Assembly: GCA_937897575.1 (NCBI GenBank)
Contig: CALCQG010000058.1
Coordinates: 1 to 44,496, forward strand
DNA: 44,496 bases
Direction of reading: 5' to 3'
Source of the DNA: an uncultured Synergistales bacterium
Lineage (GTDB): Bacteria; Synergistota; Synergistia; Synergistales; Aminobacteriaceae
Under the pieces are notes generated by a model. It made no database searches and was not told the origin of the DNA. It was given only the letters and a program-made list of their open reading frames with translations. Position numbers and translations under genes: made by a program. This document shows positions 44,451 through 44,496 of this stretch, one piece after another (the stretch's first letter is position 1; each line of letters starts with the position of its first letter).

Positions 44451-44496
44451 TTTTAGTAATACCATTCTTTTTCACTCCACTTCTCTCATAAATCCT

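Overview
High-GC bacterial DNA, probably from an anaerobic amino-acid fermenter. A Synergistota-like origin is an inference from gene content only. Left flank (1-6.3 kb): a PLP amino-acid catabolism cluster (aminotransferase, serine dehydratase, M20 amidohydrolase, divergent methionine gamma-lyase), a decayed DUF401-like gene with a ~123-bp triplication, and a stand-alone B3/4 protein. Centre (~6.9-37.4 kb): 34 consecutive plus-strand genes in two regulated modules. Module 1 is GntR, nitrilase, TRAP, creatininase-like, RraA-like, nitrilase, TRAP. Module 2 is RpiR, two ornithine cyclodeaminase/mu-crystallin paralogues, TRAP and a split aconitase X, running straight into an ethanolamine-utilisation microcompartment locus (pduL, eutABCL, BMC, eutT, flavoprotein, eutE, eutM, eutN, pduS, pduT, eutS, eutP). 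Within the window this locus has no EutH permease, EutG alcohol dehydrogenase or EutR/EutVW regulator. The best candidate for a new system is module 2: a TRAP/OCD/AcnX front end that may import an anionic ethanolamine conjugate, release ethanolamine and feed it to the microcompartment. Two parS-like palindromes lie in intergenic DNA. Right flank: a 2-oxoacid:ferredoxin oxidoreductase operon with a frameshifted alpha subunit, three EamA paralogues (the last truncated at an AT-rich junction), SUI1 and an MFS transporter. All calls come from motif recognition by eye; no searches were run.
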